In this document: in pieces, positions 46,503 through 55,817 of the stretch
Layout: the number at the start of each line of letters is the position of its first letter
How positions within the stretch are numbered: position 1 is the stretch's first letter
Assembly (NCBI GenBank): GCA_963743865.1
Contig: CAVURG010000006.1
Span: 2,368,107 to 2,432,106 of the forward strand
Origin: an uncultured delta proteobacterium
GTDB taxonomy: Bacteria > Desulfobacterota > Binatia > Binatales > Binataceae
Length of the DNA: 64,000 bases
Direction of reading: 5' to 3'
The notes under the pieces: model-generated
Told to the model about the DNA's origin: nothing
The model's input: only the letters and a program-made list of their open reading frames with translations
Databases searched by the model: none
Made by a program: the position numbers and the translations under genes

Positions 46503-47279
46503 TCATTGCAGTTCCTCAGTCATTGGCCGTCTCGATGATTGGCACTTGGAGCGAAGCATGATGCAGTCCATCTCAATCACACGGAGGCCGTCTCGTTCTC
46601 GCGTAACCGGAACAAAATCGACGACCTCGAATCCCATCGACATGAATTGACGCAAAGATTCGATAAAGTCAGGCATACCAAGGTATAGCTTACGAAAGGC
46701 AACCTCTGTCTGGAGCGCCAGGATGTCAGACAGAATGGTTTCCGCACCCGCGAGTACACCAAGGTCAAAGCCCTGCGTGTCAAGCTTCAGATAAATTCGA
46801 GGTAAGCCGATACCCTTTAGACACTCACCGAGGACATGGTCCAGCCGCTTAACCTCGACGCTTTCGGTCTTTACCAGACGGTTCGCCGAGCCGAAACGTT
46901 CCTCGCTCCTTGGGTCGGGCTGAAGGAACGAACTGAAATCGGAGGACTGCATGACATTGATACCGGACGGACCGTCGGTTCTCCCTAACGCCCATGGGAA
47001 AACTCGCCACTTCCCATCACGGTCGGCCCACTTCCGAAGCTGCTCCAAGTTTCGTTGAACCGGCTCAAAGGAGATAATCCATCCGGTGTAACCGAGCGCT
47101 TCCCGTAGAACGCGGCCATACTGGCCGGTATTGGCACCGACGTCGAGTACGCAGTTGATGGAAAGCGTTCTGAACACGTCTCGGAGGATGCTTCGTTCCC
47201 GAGCCCAGTCCGGCGTCGGGCACGGTACAAGTTCATAACCGATGCGACGGATAGCTCCCTGGATCAGTCTTCTCATCAT
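46503..47279 (-). CDS. FkbM-family methyltransferase
   Basis: VLDVGANTGQYGRVL...FEPVQRNLEQL...IYLKLDTQGFDLGVLAGA. Confidence 0.8.
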   Translation of the reverse strand: MMRRLIQGAIRRIGYELVPCPTPDWARERSILRDVFRTLSINCVLDVGANTGQYGRVLREALGYTGWIISFEPVQRNLEQLRKWADRDGKWRVFPWALGRTDGPSGINVMQSSDFSSFLQPDPRSEERFGSANRLVKTESVEVKRLDHVLGECLKGIGLPRIYLKLDTQGFDLGVLAGAETILSDILALQTEVAFRKLYLGMPDFIESLRQFMSMGFEVVDFVPVTRERDGLRVIEMDCIMLRSKCQSSRRPMTEELQ

Positions 47280-47301
47280 GTCTTTATGTCTTTTGTGTCC
47301 G

Positions 47302-48432
47302 TCATACGTGCGCCTTCATCACGCCGAATATGTCGGTGATCTGATTGATGCTGTCGCCGTAATCGACGCTCGACACGAATGCCGACCGCGAGTGCGGCGC
47401 GGACGGATGAAAGCCGTGCATCCCGGCCGGAGCCCGCGCACCCATGTGACTCGGCGCGATTACCGTTCCCGCTTCGGTCAGAAAAATCTGCTCGCCGTAC
47501 TTCCCGTCCGGAAAATATGAATGGAGCTTGGTGAGGTCGCCGGTGTCGAGCCATCTTCCGCCATCGACCTCGTTCAAAGCTTTGGTCACCAATTCGCCGG
47601 CGCGCGCGGAGAAGAACCAGAAGCGCGCCATCGTGGAATCCAGCAGGCACAGGTATTCGGCCGCGCTAATCGGAAGCGCCGCCAGCGCGGCCTGGATATC
47701 GATCGTCGCCACGGTCGGCGCCATGCCGTGATCGCCGAAGACGTGAATGTCGGCCGCGCCGTAGGTCTCGAGCGCGATCTTGTGCAGGCGCGCGAGCGCA
47801 GTTGAGTATTTTCCCAGCATCTGTGCCGCGGCGGCGCGATCGTCGGCGTGCAAATGCAGAAAATGATCCAGCTCCGCGAGGTAGAGAAAATAAAATTTCG
47901 CACCGCCTGCGCGCAAATCCGCTTCGATCGACCCGAGCAGCTGATCGTCCGGACCATCGTGATAGCAGTAGGTCTTGTAGGATGTGCCGTTGCTTTCGAG
48001 CAGGTCGAAAATCGAAGTCGAATCCGCAATTCCGCCCGGCTCGTAGATGTTGCGCTTCTCGCAGACGTCGAGCTTCGGCAGATATTTCAGCGGTATGCCG
48101 TAGAGCTGGAAATAGCCGCTCAGATGATTGATGCGGCGCGCTACCGTCTTGACCGCGAAGCGCGCGTAACGGTTCTCGACCATCGCCGGCGGCATCGCGC
48201 ATATGAGCCTCAGCTTCGAGAACGGCGAGCGTCCGTTGGCGCGATGAAACAACGAAAGCCGTCCGTGCTCATCGGGAAATCGTCCGGTAAGAATCGACGG
48301 AATCGCGGCGGTGCTGAAGCCAAGCACGGAATCGAGCGGACGGCGATAGGGCGCAACCTCCTTCAGGAACGGATGCTCTTTGATCCATTCCCAGCCCAGC
48401 GCATCGATCAATACAAAGATGCCCGCCTTCAT
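47302..48432 (-). CDS. alkaline-phosphatase-superfamily protein (type I phosphodiesterase / nucleotide pyrophosphatase-like)
   Basis: VLIDALGWEW, GFSTAAIPSILTG, ELDHFLH, VFGDHGM and GMHGF are the metal-ligand and nucleophile positions typical of this superfamily. Confidence 0.65.
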   Translation of the reverse strand: MKAGIFVLIDALGWEWIKEHPFLKEVAPYRRPLDSVLGFSTAAIPSILTGRFPDEHGRLSLFHRANGRSPFSKLRLICAMPPAMVENRYARFAVKTVARRINHLSGYFQLYGIPLKYLPKLDVCEKRNIYEPGGIADSTSIFDLLESNGTSYKTYCYHDGPDDQLLGSIEADLRAGGAKFYFLYLAELDHFLHLHADDRAAAAQMLGKYSTALARLHKIALETYGAADIHVFGDHGMAPTVATIDIQAALAALPISAAEYLCLLDSTMARFWFFSARAGELVTKALNEVDGGRWLDTGDLTKLHSYFPDGKYGEQIFLTEAGTVIAPSHMGARAPAGMHGFHPSAPHSRSAFVSSVDYGDSINQITDIFGVMKAHV

Positions 48433-49253
48433 TGCTTCACCGGCTTCCTCACGATCGCGAGCAGCCCGGAGCCGTGGCGGGTCTGAGTGTGATTTTCAAG
48501 AAAGCTCAGCGCGAGCAGCAACGGCAGCGAGGCGGCGAACACGATCGGATTCGGCTTGCTGTCTCCAAGTACAAAAAACAGGTCGTGCGCAAGATTACCA
48601 AACGGACCGTACGTCCAGACGGCCTTGACCGGCTCAAGCCCCACCTCGCGCGCCAGCGCGTTTATCATCTCGGGCGAGTAGCCCGGCCGCACGTGACCGA
48701 TGTCCTCGGGCTTGAATCCCATTCGGCGCTCGCGCCACGCGACCAGCCGCAGATGACGGCGCTGTGGCACCGACGGAAAGGTCAACAGCAGGTAACCGCC
48801 GGGCGCCAACGCCCGCGCGAGGTTGGCCATCGCGCCCCGATCATCCTCGATATGTTCGAGCACGTCGGTGTTGGTGACCAGGTCGTATTGCGCTATCGCC
48901 GACAGATTGAGCAGATCGTCACGGCCGAAGGTGACGTTGCCGAGCGCCAGGTTTCTCGCGGCCGTGCGGCATCGCTCCACTCTTTCATCGATCAGCTCGA
49001 CTCCATGCACTCGCCATTGAGGATGGAGGCGGGCGCAGTGCAGCGCGATGTCTCCGCGGCCGGTGCCGGCGTCAAGCATGCGCACGCCGCTCTCCGGCAA
49101 ACCCAGCGCCTTGATTTCGCGAAATACGTGATGAATCCGGATGCGGGCCGGAATGTGAATCTCGCCGATGAAGCGATACGCCTGGCGGCGGATGCGCGAG
49201 GGCTCGCCCGCAGCCTTCTCGATACCAAATCGCGCTGCCACCAACGAATTCAA
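48429..49253 (-). CDS. class I SAM-dependent methyltransferase with a hydrophobic C-terminal tail
   Basis: MLDAGTGRGDIAL, DLVTNTDVLEHIED. I prefer the TTG at 49253, which forms a TTGA overlap with the upstream stop. The track ORF extends to 49421 and overlaps the upstream gene. Confidence 0.7.
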   Translation of the reverse strand: MNSLVAARFGIEKAAGEPSRIRRQAYRFIGEIHIPARIRIHHVFREIKALGLPESGVRMLDAGTGRGDIALHCARLHPQWRVHGVELIDERVERCRTAARNLALGNVTFGRDDLLNLSAIAQYDLVTNTDVLEHIEDDRGAMANLARALAPGGYLLLTFPSVPQRRHLRLVAWRERRMGFKPEDIGHVRPGYSPEMINALAREVGLEPVKAVWTYGPFGNLAHDLFFVLGDSKPNPIVFAASLPLLLALSFLENHTQTRHGSGLLAIVRKPVKQ

Positions 49254-50308
49254 TTTGAGATCCCCCGTCGCAGCCCCGGTCCCACGGTGCGGGCTACCCC
49301 CAGCGGCAGGTAGCGCCACAGGCGGCTGAAGGTCTGCAGGCTCTTGCGATGGCGCGGCGACGCAGCTCGCGGCGACAGGTACAGCGTGCTCCAATATGGC
49401 TGCACCGGAGTCGGGCCCCATTGGCGCTTGAATTCAAAGATGCCTGAGCCGAGGCTTGACCGCCCGAAATCGAAGGTGTGGCAACCGGACTCGATGCCAA
49501 GCCGTATCCCCGCCCAGTACAGAGCGTTGGTGCCGTATAGCGGACGCGCCTGGGCCGTGGCGCCCGTGTACGGAAGCGTCATCGAGCCGCGGAAATTCAT
49601 TGCCAACCCGGCCGCGATCGCGCGGCCGCCGCTGCCAACGCGAATCAGCGAAAGCCGATCGCGCAGATGGCTTGCGAGTTGGCTGAAGAACCTGCGGCCG
49701 TGCGTAGGCGATCCAAGATCGCGCTGGTTCTCCGAATAGACCGCGCACAAATCGGCCAGCGCCGCCGGAACGGTCGGGTCACCCACGTCCACGCTGAGCT
49801 TGAGCTTCTCGACCCGCTTGAGCCGATTGCGGCGCTCCGAGGGCAGCCGGCGTAACTGCTCTTCGACCGTCGGCGCGAGCGCCAGATGCTGCGTCACCTT
49901 CTCCGTGCTGACTTCAAATGGCGCCTCCAGCCGGCGCAAGCTGCGGATGTGCAGCCGCTTGGCGCGCAGCTTTTTCGCCAGCTCACGGGCATGAGCAATC
50001 AATTCGGCCCGCGCACCGTCGCGCTGCTCTGATTCCAGCCGGTCGGCGTGGCACACCCCGCCGTAGTCGATATAAGGCATCGATACGAGCTCATTGCCAT
50101 AAAGAAAGCTGCGCACGAAAACGAATGGCGCCGCGGCGATCGGACGGCCGCGCCCGTCCTGAGCGAGCAGGTAGAAAGAATCGAATCCGTACGCCGAACC
50201 GACCACCTCGCGCCATTGCCAAAGATGGCCCAAAGTCGCGTCAGCGCACTGCTTGATCAGGTCATCCCAATCCGCCCGCCGATTCTCGCTGCAAACTAAA
50301 ACGCTCAA
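49250..50308 (-). CDS. FemAB-like / GNAT-fold protein of the kind associated with PEP-CTERM EPS loci
   Basis: LGHLWQWREVVGSAYGF...MPYIDYGG...NALYWAGIRLGIESGCHTFDFGRSSLGSGIFEFKRQWG. Confidence 0.7.
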   Translation of the reverse strand: MSVLVCSENRRADWDDLIKQCADATLGHLWQWREVVGSAYGFDSFYLLAQDGRGRPIAAAPFVFVRSFLYGNELVSMPYIDYGGVCHADRLESEQRDGARAELIAHARELAKKLRAKRLHIRSLRRLEAPFEVSTEKVTQHLALAPTVEEQLRRLPSERRNRLKRVEKLKLSVDVGDPTVPAALADLCAVYSENQRDLGSPTHGRRFFSQLASHLRDRLSLIRVGSGGRAIAAGLAMNFRGSMTLPYTGATAQARPLYGTNALYWAGIRLGIESGCHTFDFGRSSLGSGIFEFKRQWGPTPVQPYWSTLYLSPRAASPRHRKSLQTFSRLWRYLPLGVARTVGPGLRRGISN

Positions 50309-50323
50309 CCCCGATCCCCCGCC

Positions 50324-51592
50324 TTAAAGGCTTCTCGGTTTCCAGACCACCGGGACTTCCCCGGAAAAACATCGCCACAGTCCAATCGCCTGCGCACAGT
50401 TGAGCGCAACGAACTGGTAGGCGAAGGTCGCCTTGCCTTCGGTGCCGCGCCGGCTCGCGACCATACCGATTGCCGCGATCAGCGCGAACAATATCTCCAT
50501 GCCCAGCACGACTCGAAAGGTTTCCCCATAGCGAGCCAACGGCACTGTCGCGATTAGCCCAATCGCGAGCAATGGCGCCGTCAACCAGCGGAGCAGTTTA
50601 TGCGAGGTCAAGACCAGGATCGAGCGCCAGCGCCGCCTTGCGACGAGCTCGGGCAGCAGGCGGAAATACACCAGCGCCTGCTGCGAGACCATCCGAACCT
50701 GCCGCGGGAATTCGCCCGCCACCGAAAATTCCTCCAGCGCGGATGCGTCGCCCGCCATAACCGATCGCGCACCCGCCAGCGAGGCGATAATGGGGTGCAC
50801 GAAGTCATTGATCAGCGCCGGGTCCAGCGGCTTGAACAGATCGCGGCGGATCGCATAGAGCGCTCCGTCGGCTCCCGCCACCAGGCCCAGCCGCGACTCC
50901 AGCCCCTTGAGCATCTGCTCATAGCGCTGGTACGCCGACCCAATACTATCGCCCGAGTAACGCGATACTCCCGTCACCAATCCGATCGATTTGTCGCGCA
51001 GCGGACGCGCCACCTTCTCCAGCGCGTCGGCGGCGAACATCGCGTTCGCATCGGTGAACACCAGCACCTCGCCGCGCGCGGCCTTCGCGCCCGCATTCAC
51101 CGCGACTCCCTTGCCGCGGCGCTCGCGCTGGCGAATTACGCGCACCCGCTCCGACGCCATCGCTTCGGCTATCTCCGCGGTGCGGTCGCTCGATCCGTCG
51201 GACACCACGATCATCTCGGCTTCGCCCGAGTACTGGCAGGCGAGAAAATTTTCGATCTTGTGCGCGATGCAACGCTCTTCGTTGTAGGCCGCGACGATTA
51301 CCGACAGCGACCGCGCCGGCGTATTTCCGCCGCGGTCGTCATCGGCGCCGGCGCGACGCGGCTGCGACCGCGACAGTGCGATCAACACCACCGGATACAG
51401 CACGTACGCGTAGAGCAGCAGCAATGCTGAAATGTAAAATAGGCTCGTCAAAATTTTGGCGTCCCCCGACGCGCGTCCCGTTAAGCGGCTTTTCCCTCTC
51501 CTTTTCTTCCAATTCCGATCAGCTCGGAGTAAAGCGCGGCGGTCTGTTCGATCTGCCGCCGCAAGGCAAAGTTTTCCCGCACGAATTTGCAT
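50324..51592 (-). CDS. membrane-associated glycosyltransferase family 2
   Basis: LSVIVAAYNEERCI...MIVVSDGSSDRT...KGVAVNAG...VFTDANA, with TM helices at both ends. The real start is probably internal (for example TTG 51451), because 51481-51592 overlaps the upstream gene. Confidence 0.8.
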   Translation of the reverse strand: MQIRAGKLCLAAADRTDRRALLRADRNWKKRRGKSRLTGRASGDAKILTSLFYISALLLLYAYVLYPVVLIALSRSQPRRAGADDDRGGNTPARSLSVIVAAYNEERCIAHKIENFLACQYSGEAEMIVVSDGSSDRTAEIAEAMASERVRVIRQRERRGKGVAVNAGAKAARGEVLVFTDANAMFAADALEKVARPLRDKSIGLVTGVSRYSGDSIGSAYQRYEQMLKGLESRLGLVAGADGALYAIRRDLFKPLDPALINDFVHPIIASLAGARSVMAGDASALEEFSVAGEFPRQVRMVSQQALVYFRLLPELVARRRWRSILVLTSHKLLRWLTAPLLAIGLIATVPLARYGETFRVVLGMEILFALIAAIGMVASRRGTEGKATFAYQFVALNCAQAIGLWRCFSGEVPVVWKPRSL

Positions 51593-52683
51593 CCCTCGGA
51601 TGCCAGCCGCGAGGCCAGCGCGGGATCGCCGAGCAATCGCTCAATGGCCGCCGCCAGCGCGGGCGGATTCGCCGGCGGCGCGAGCAGCCCGGTTGTTTCG
51701 TGGATGACGACCTCGGGAGTGCCGTCCACTTCGGTCGCGACCATCGGGCGCCGGGCGGCAAGCGCCTCGATCGCCACCAGCGGCAGACCCTCGTAGAGCG
51801 ACGGCAGGACCACCAGGTCGGCGGCCTCGAGCAGCGCCGGCACGTCGCGCCGGTAGCCGAGGAATCGCACGCGGTCCGCCAGCCCCAGCGCCGCGCATTG
51901 CGCGCGCAACACAGGCTCCAGCGGGCCTTCGCCCGCCAGCAGGGTGACGAGGTTCGGCCAGCGCGGAGCGAGGATCGCCAGCGCATCGATCAGATGCCGG
52001 TGGCCCTTTTGATCGTCGAGGCGGGCCAGCGTGAGGCAAGCCGGTTGATCACCAAGCCCCAGCGCGGCGCGGGTGGCGGCGCGGCGGCGGGAATCGGTCG
52101 GGGCGAAGCGGTCGAGGTCGCGACCGTTGTGAATCATCCGGACTTTGCGCTGCGGGACGCGCTTGGTTGCGGTCAAATGGCGGGCGGCGGCGTGCGACAC
52201 GGCGATATACATGTCCACCAGCCGTCCGATCTGGCGATCGACCCAGAAGCGGCCGCGCAGGCCTTTTCCGATCCGCCAGACCTCGGGGCCGTGACAGGTC
52301 TCGAGCACCGCGCCGACACCGGCCATGCGGGCGATGCCGGCGCCGGATAAACTCGCAGTGAACATATGGCAATGCACCAGCGCGATATTTTCGCGGCGGA
52401 TGAAGCGCAGCAGGCGCGCCCCCGCGATCAGGTCAAGCCGCGACGAAAACTCAAGCGGCAGGCATTTGACGCCGGCCGCCGAAAGTCCCGGCCCCATCGC
52501 CTCGATCAGCTCGGGCGGCGCCGCCAGACACGGCTCGAATCCGTACGCGCCGATCGCGGTCAGGATTGACAGTGCGTGCTCCTCGGCGCCGCCGAATACA
52601 CTCCCAGTCAACAAATGGAGCACCGCGCGACGCTGTGCGCTGGAGTGTTCTGTATCGTTAAGGCTTCGGTTCGCCATCTTCAA
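51481..52683 (-). CDS. GT-B glycosyltransferase (GT4), first gene of the long minus-strand operon
   Basis: HLLTGSVFGGAEEHALSI...LPSLYEGLPLVAIEALAARRPMVATEVDGTPEVV. The start is TTG 52683 or ATG 52677. Confidence 0.8.
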   Translation of the reverse strand: MKMANRSLNDTEHSSAQRRAVLHLLTGSVFGGAEEHALSILTAIGAYGFEPCLAAPPELIEAMGPGLSAAGVKCLPLEFSSRLDLIAGARLLRFIRRENIALVHCHMFTASLSGAGIARMAGVGAVLETCHGPEVWRIGKGLRGRFWVDRQIGRLVDMYIAVSHAAARHLTATKRVPQRKVRMIHNGRDLDRFAPTDSRRRAATRAALGLGDQPACLTLARLDDQKGHRHLIDALAILAPRWPNLVTLLAGEGPLEPVLRAQCAALGLADRVRFLGYRRDVPALLEAADLVVLPSLYEGLPLVAIEALAARRPMVATEVDGTPEVVIHETTGLLAPPANPPALAAAIERLLGDPALASRLASEGCKFVRENFALRRQIEQTAALYSELIGIGRKGEGKAA

Positions 52684-53036
52684 TTAACGAGCGTGGTAAA
52701 TCCTGACGCTCAAATCCGGCTCATGTACAGTCCAATTTGCGTCACTCAGAGCGAAATAGACGCCATAGATAGCTCATTGACCCGCGATGATCCAGTGATG
52801 AAGCTATCAAAAGCGCTAATATTGACATGTCATAGAAATTAACGATCCTGCAATTTGCGTGTCGTCGATTCGGATAACAGTTGGTGATTTTGACGTTTCT
52901 TGTATATCCTGCGCCCAGATTCGGAAGACTTGCCGCCGCGAGCCTCAACCCCATCCATACTTTGACAATCGAGTCGGCCCCGGGCTAAAAGCCTTATGTT
53001 TGCAGATTCAAAACGAAAAATCTGGATTAGGAATCA

Positions 53037-53882
53037 TTGTCGCGACGACATGAACAATCCCCCGCGGCAGGCGGGGCCGCTTTCCAAAGGAACCGCTTGA
53101 AATTGCTTTCCCGGCTGACACGCCGTCTGGTTGCGTGGCGTGGCGGTTACCGCGCCTCGCAGGTCTTGATTGATCTTTTCGGCGGCGTAATCCCGATTGA
53201 AACAGAGGTCTTGGGCTTGCGAATGTGGCTCGATCCAAGGGACCATGCTTGCCGTACGCTGCTCTACTATCCGCAACTTTACGAGCCCGCGGAGCTTGCC
53301 GCTCTTCTGCCGCAAATCCGCGCGGAAGATGTGATGATCGATGTCGGAGCGCATTTTGGCTTTTACTCGTTGCTGGCCTCCAAACGCGCCGCCCGCGTAC
53401 TGAGCATCGAGGCTGACCCAAAAACATTCCGGTATCTCGAGCGCAATCTCGCGATGAACCGTGCGGACAACGTCTGCGCCGTGCAAGCGGGCGTCTCCGA
53501 CCGGTGCGAAAGATTGAAGCTCTTTGGCAATGACGCTCTTGGAGATTTGAGCGCCCATTCTTTTGTGCCGGATGAGGGCCGCAGCGATGCTGCTGAGGTC
53601 CAATGTTTTCCATTGATTGATCTAATGAAGGCCCACGGCTTCGACTCCTGCGACGTGCTCAAAGTCGACACGGAAGGCTTCGAGTACCGTGTCCTCAAGC
53701 CGCTGTTCGAACAAGCCATGTTTCGGCCGCGCCTGGTGCTCGTTGAATACTTTGAGCAACGCAATACTGGTGACGTCCTCACCCTCCTTCGTAACCAGGG
53801 TTATCAGCTACACCTCCAGATTGGCCGCGACTTTCTGTTCGGACTCGGCGAAAGCCAAAAACCCGGACGAAGCGGAATTTAG
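53037..53882 (+). CDS. FkbM-family methyltransferase
   Basis: VMIDVGAHFGFYSLL...IEADPKTFRYLERN...CDVLKVDTEGFEYRVL. The start codon is uncertain. Confidence 0.75.
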   Translation: MSRRHEQSPAAGGAAFQRNRLKLLSRLTRRLVAWRGGYRASQVLIDLFGGVIPIETEVLGLRMWLDPRDHACRTLLYYPQLYEPAELAALLPQIRAEDVMIDVGAHFGFYSLLASKRAARVLSIEADPKTFRYLERNLAMNRADNVCAVQAGVSDRCERLKLFGNDALGDLSAHSFVPDEGRSDAAEVQCFPLIDLMKAHGFDSCDVLKVDTEGFEYRVLKPLFEQAMFRPRLVLVEYFEQRNTGDVLTLLRNQGYQLHLQIGRDFLFGLGESQKPGRSGI

Positions 53883-53936
53883 CGATTGAATCGTCGCAGG
53901 CTGGCTGAGAGGAAGTCCCGGCGCGGATTGCAGTAA

Positions 53937-54722
53937 TCAGCCGAGGGCGGCAAGCGCAAGCCCCGACGCCACCATCACCGCGCCGGAGGCGCGGGCAACG
54001 GCGCCGCCCCAAGGCGCGGCCTTTTCGAGCAGGACAAAGATCGTCAGCGCGACCGCCCAAGCCAGGTTCATAACACCGGCTACGAACATGAGCGCCATCA
54101 GCATCCAGCAGCATCCGACGCAGAACACGCCGTGGTTCAGGCCCATTGCGAGCGCGCCGCGCGCGCCGGAGCGCCACTGGGTCATGAAAAAGCCCAGCGG
54201 CGAACGGCACTGGGTCAGGCACGCTTGCTTGAGCGGAGTGAACTGGTAGATGCCGGCGGCAATCAGGAGCAGGCCGCCGGCCAACGGTTGCATACGCATT
54301 GCGCCGGCGATGATCCGGGAACGTTCCAGCGCGTACTGCACCACGGTGATGGCAGCGCTGAATCCGGTCCATGCGATCAGATATCCGAGCGCAAAAAAAC
54401 AGGCGCGGCCGGCGCGTTCGGCGCTTTGGCCACGGGCGATTCGCGCATACATCTCGATCATTGGGCTTGCGCTCGGGATCATCATCGCCGCCATCATCAC
54501 CGTCCACATTGCGAAGATGAGCCACGCATCGCGAAGCGACCACACGGCGGCTCCGGCATCGATGGTCGAAGTCATGCCGCCCATCGCGCCGGGGTTCATG
54601 CGCAAGGCCGGCATCGGCATCCGGGCAAGCACCAGCCACGAGATAGCGGTAACCGCCAAGATCCCGGCCCATACGATCAAGCGCTCGCGCGAAGGAAGTT
54701 GCGCCGGCGAGTCAGCCTTCAT
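53937..54722 (-). CDS. DUF2182-type predicted metal-binding membrane protein
   Basis: MMIPSASPMIEMY...CRSPLGFF...GLNHGVFCVGCCWMLMALMFVAGVMN. I take the start as ATG 54722. Confidence 0.6.
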   Translation of the reverse strand: MKADSPAQLPSRERLIVWAGILAVTAISWLVLARMPMPALRMNPGAMGGMTSTIDAGAAVWSLRDAWLIFAMWTVMMAAMMIPSASPMIEMYARIARGQSAERAGRACFFALGYLIAWTGFSAAITVVQYALERSRIIAGAMRMQPLAGGLLLIAAGIYQFTPLKQACLTQCRSPLGFFMTQWRSGARGALAMGLNHGVFCVGCCWMLMALMFVAGVMNLAWAVALTIFVLLEKAAPWGGAVARASGAVMVASGLALAALG

Positions 54723-55314
54723 ACGTGAACGGAGAAAACTGCCCGGTTCTGCCGGTGAGATCGAGAGTGAAGCCGTAGTCGCGAAACTTGAGCTGCTTGG
54801 AGCGCGCGACGATGCTTGGATGGCCGGGTGCGATACCGAGCGGGTGGTTGCTGATGATAACGTCGGCGCCGCCGGCGCCATCGAGCGCTTCGATCTCCGA
54901 TTCGCCGACGTCGCGGATCGTCATGCGGCGGGTCCGGCCGGTTGCCTGGTAGGAGATTTCGGCGCGCTTTACCCCGAGCACCTTGGTAATGAGCGCACGG
55001 ATGGCCGCGGGCGCTCCGCCTGCCTGTCCGGAAAAGATCGCGGCGAGAGCGTCGCTCTGCGGGGCCGAGGCGCGCGAATCGAGGTACAAGGCGGCGCTCC
55101 AGTTACCGTGGTGCATCGATCCGGGCGAATGGAACAGCGCGGCGACATTGAATCCATCCAAAGCGGCGCCGGCGAATTTGCCGGATTCGACGTGCCATCC
55201 TACGAGCACGGTGCAATTGCCCTCGGTGGGGGGACTGAGAAAGATGCATGGGCATAGAGTCTGGCAGTTACAGGTCTCGAAATAATCGCCCTTTACATTC
55301 CACTTCGGCGCCAT
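54712..55314 (-). CDS. DUF1326-type protein
   Basis: MAPKWNVKGDYFETCNCQTLCPCIF is the characteristic Cys-rich N-terminus. It is paired with DUF2182, as is commonly seen. Confidence 0.6.
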   Translation of the reverse strand: MAPKWNVKGDYFETCNCQTLCPCIFLSPPTEGNCTVLVGWHVESGKFAGAALDGFNVAALFHSPGSMHHGNWSAALYLDSRASAPQSDALAAIFSGQAGGAPAAIRALITKVLGVKRAEISYQATGRTRRMTIRDVGESEIEALDGAGGADVIISNHPLGIAPGHPSIVARSKQLKFRDYGFTLDLTGRTGQFSPFTYEG

Positions 55315-55370
55315 CGGGTTCCTTTCCTCGTATTTGGTTTAACCGACGCTGACGATTTGCTGCCGATCTG

Positions 55371-55757
55371 TCAATTGCCCTGCCCTTCGGCCGCCTTTTC
55401 ATCGGCGTTTTGCGCTGCTTCATCAGCGGCCTCCTTGTCGGCTCGCGCCTGTGCCACGGCCTGATTGGCGGCGTCGATCTGATCCTGCGGCGCGCCGTCG
55501 CTCTCGAGCTGATTGCGCGCGTCGATCGCCGAGTCGAGAGCTTCCTGTGCCGCATCGGCAGCATCGTGCGCCTGCTGGTCGGGGTCGGTCGCACCGTTCT
55601 GATTCAGCGGTTGATCCGGACCCACCGAATATACCCCGGGAATCTGCGCGCGCGCCGGTGACAGGTTCCCCGATGCAAGCCCGATAGAGAACGCGAGCGC
55701 CGCGAGCGCCGCCAGCCCCAGGCGCAAGCTTCCTGTCTTGCTGGTCTCCAATCTCAT
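55371..55757 (-). CDS. secreted low-complexity (Asp/Ala/Gln-rich) hypothetical protein
   Basis: The signal peptide is LRLGLAALAALAFSIGLASG...ARAQ. The remainder is compositionally biased. Confidence 0.4.
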   Translation of the reverse strand: MRLETSKTGSLRLGLAALAALAFSIGLASGNLSPARAQIPGVYSVGPDQPLNQNGATDPDQQAHDAADAAQEALDSAIDARNQLESDGAPQDQIDAANQAVAQARADKEAADEAAQNADEKAAEGQGN

Positions 55758-55817
55758 CTCTGCCATCCCCGTTTTTATTCCTGCGATAACCATGGAGCTG
55801 ACGTTTCTGCTGATTAA

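Noticed and set aside
52684-53036. Sigma54 (-24/-12) or clear sigma70 promoter for the 17-kb operon
   Set aside because: I could not find a convincing TGGCAC-N5-TTGC or TTGACA-17-TATAAT match on the minus strand. Only weak candidates exist, so no promoter feature is reported here.
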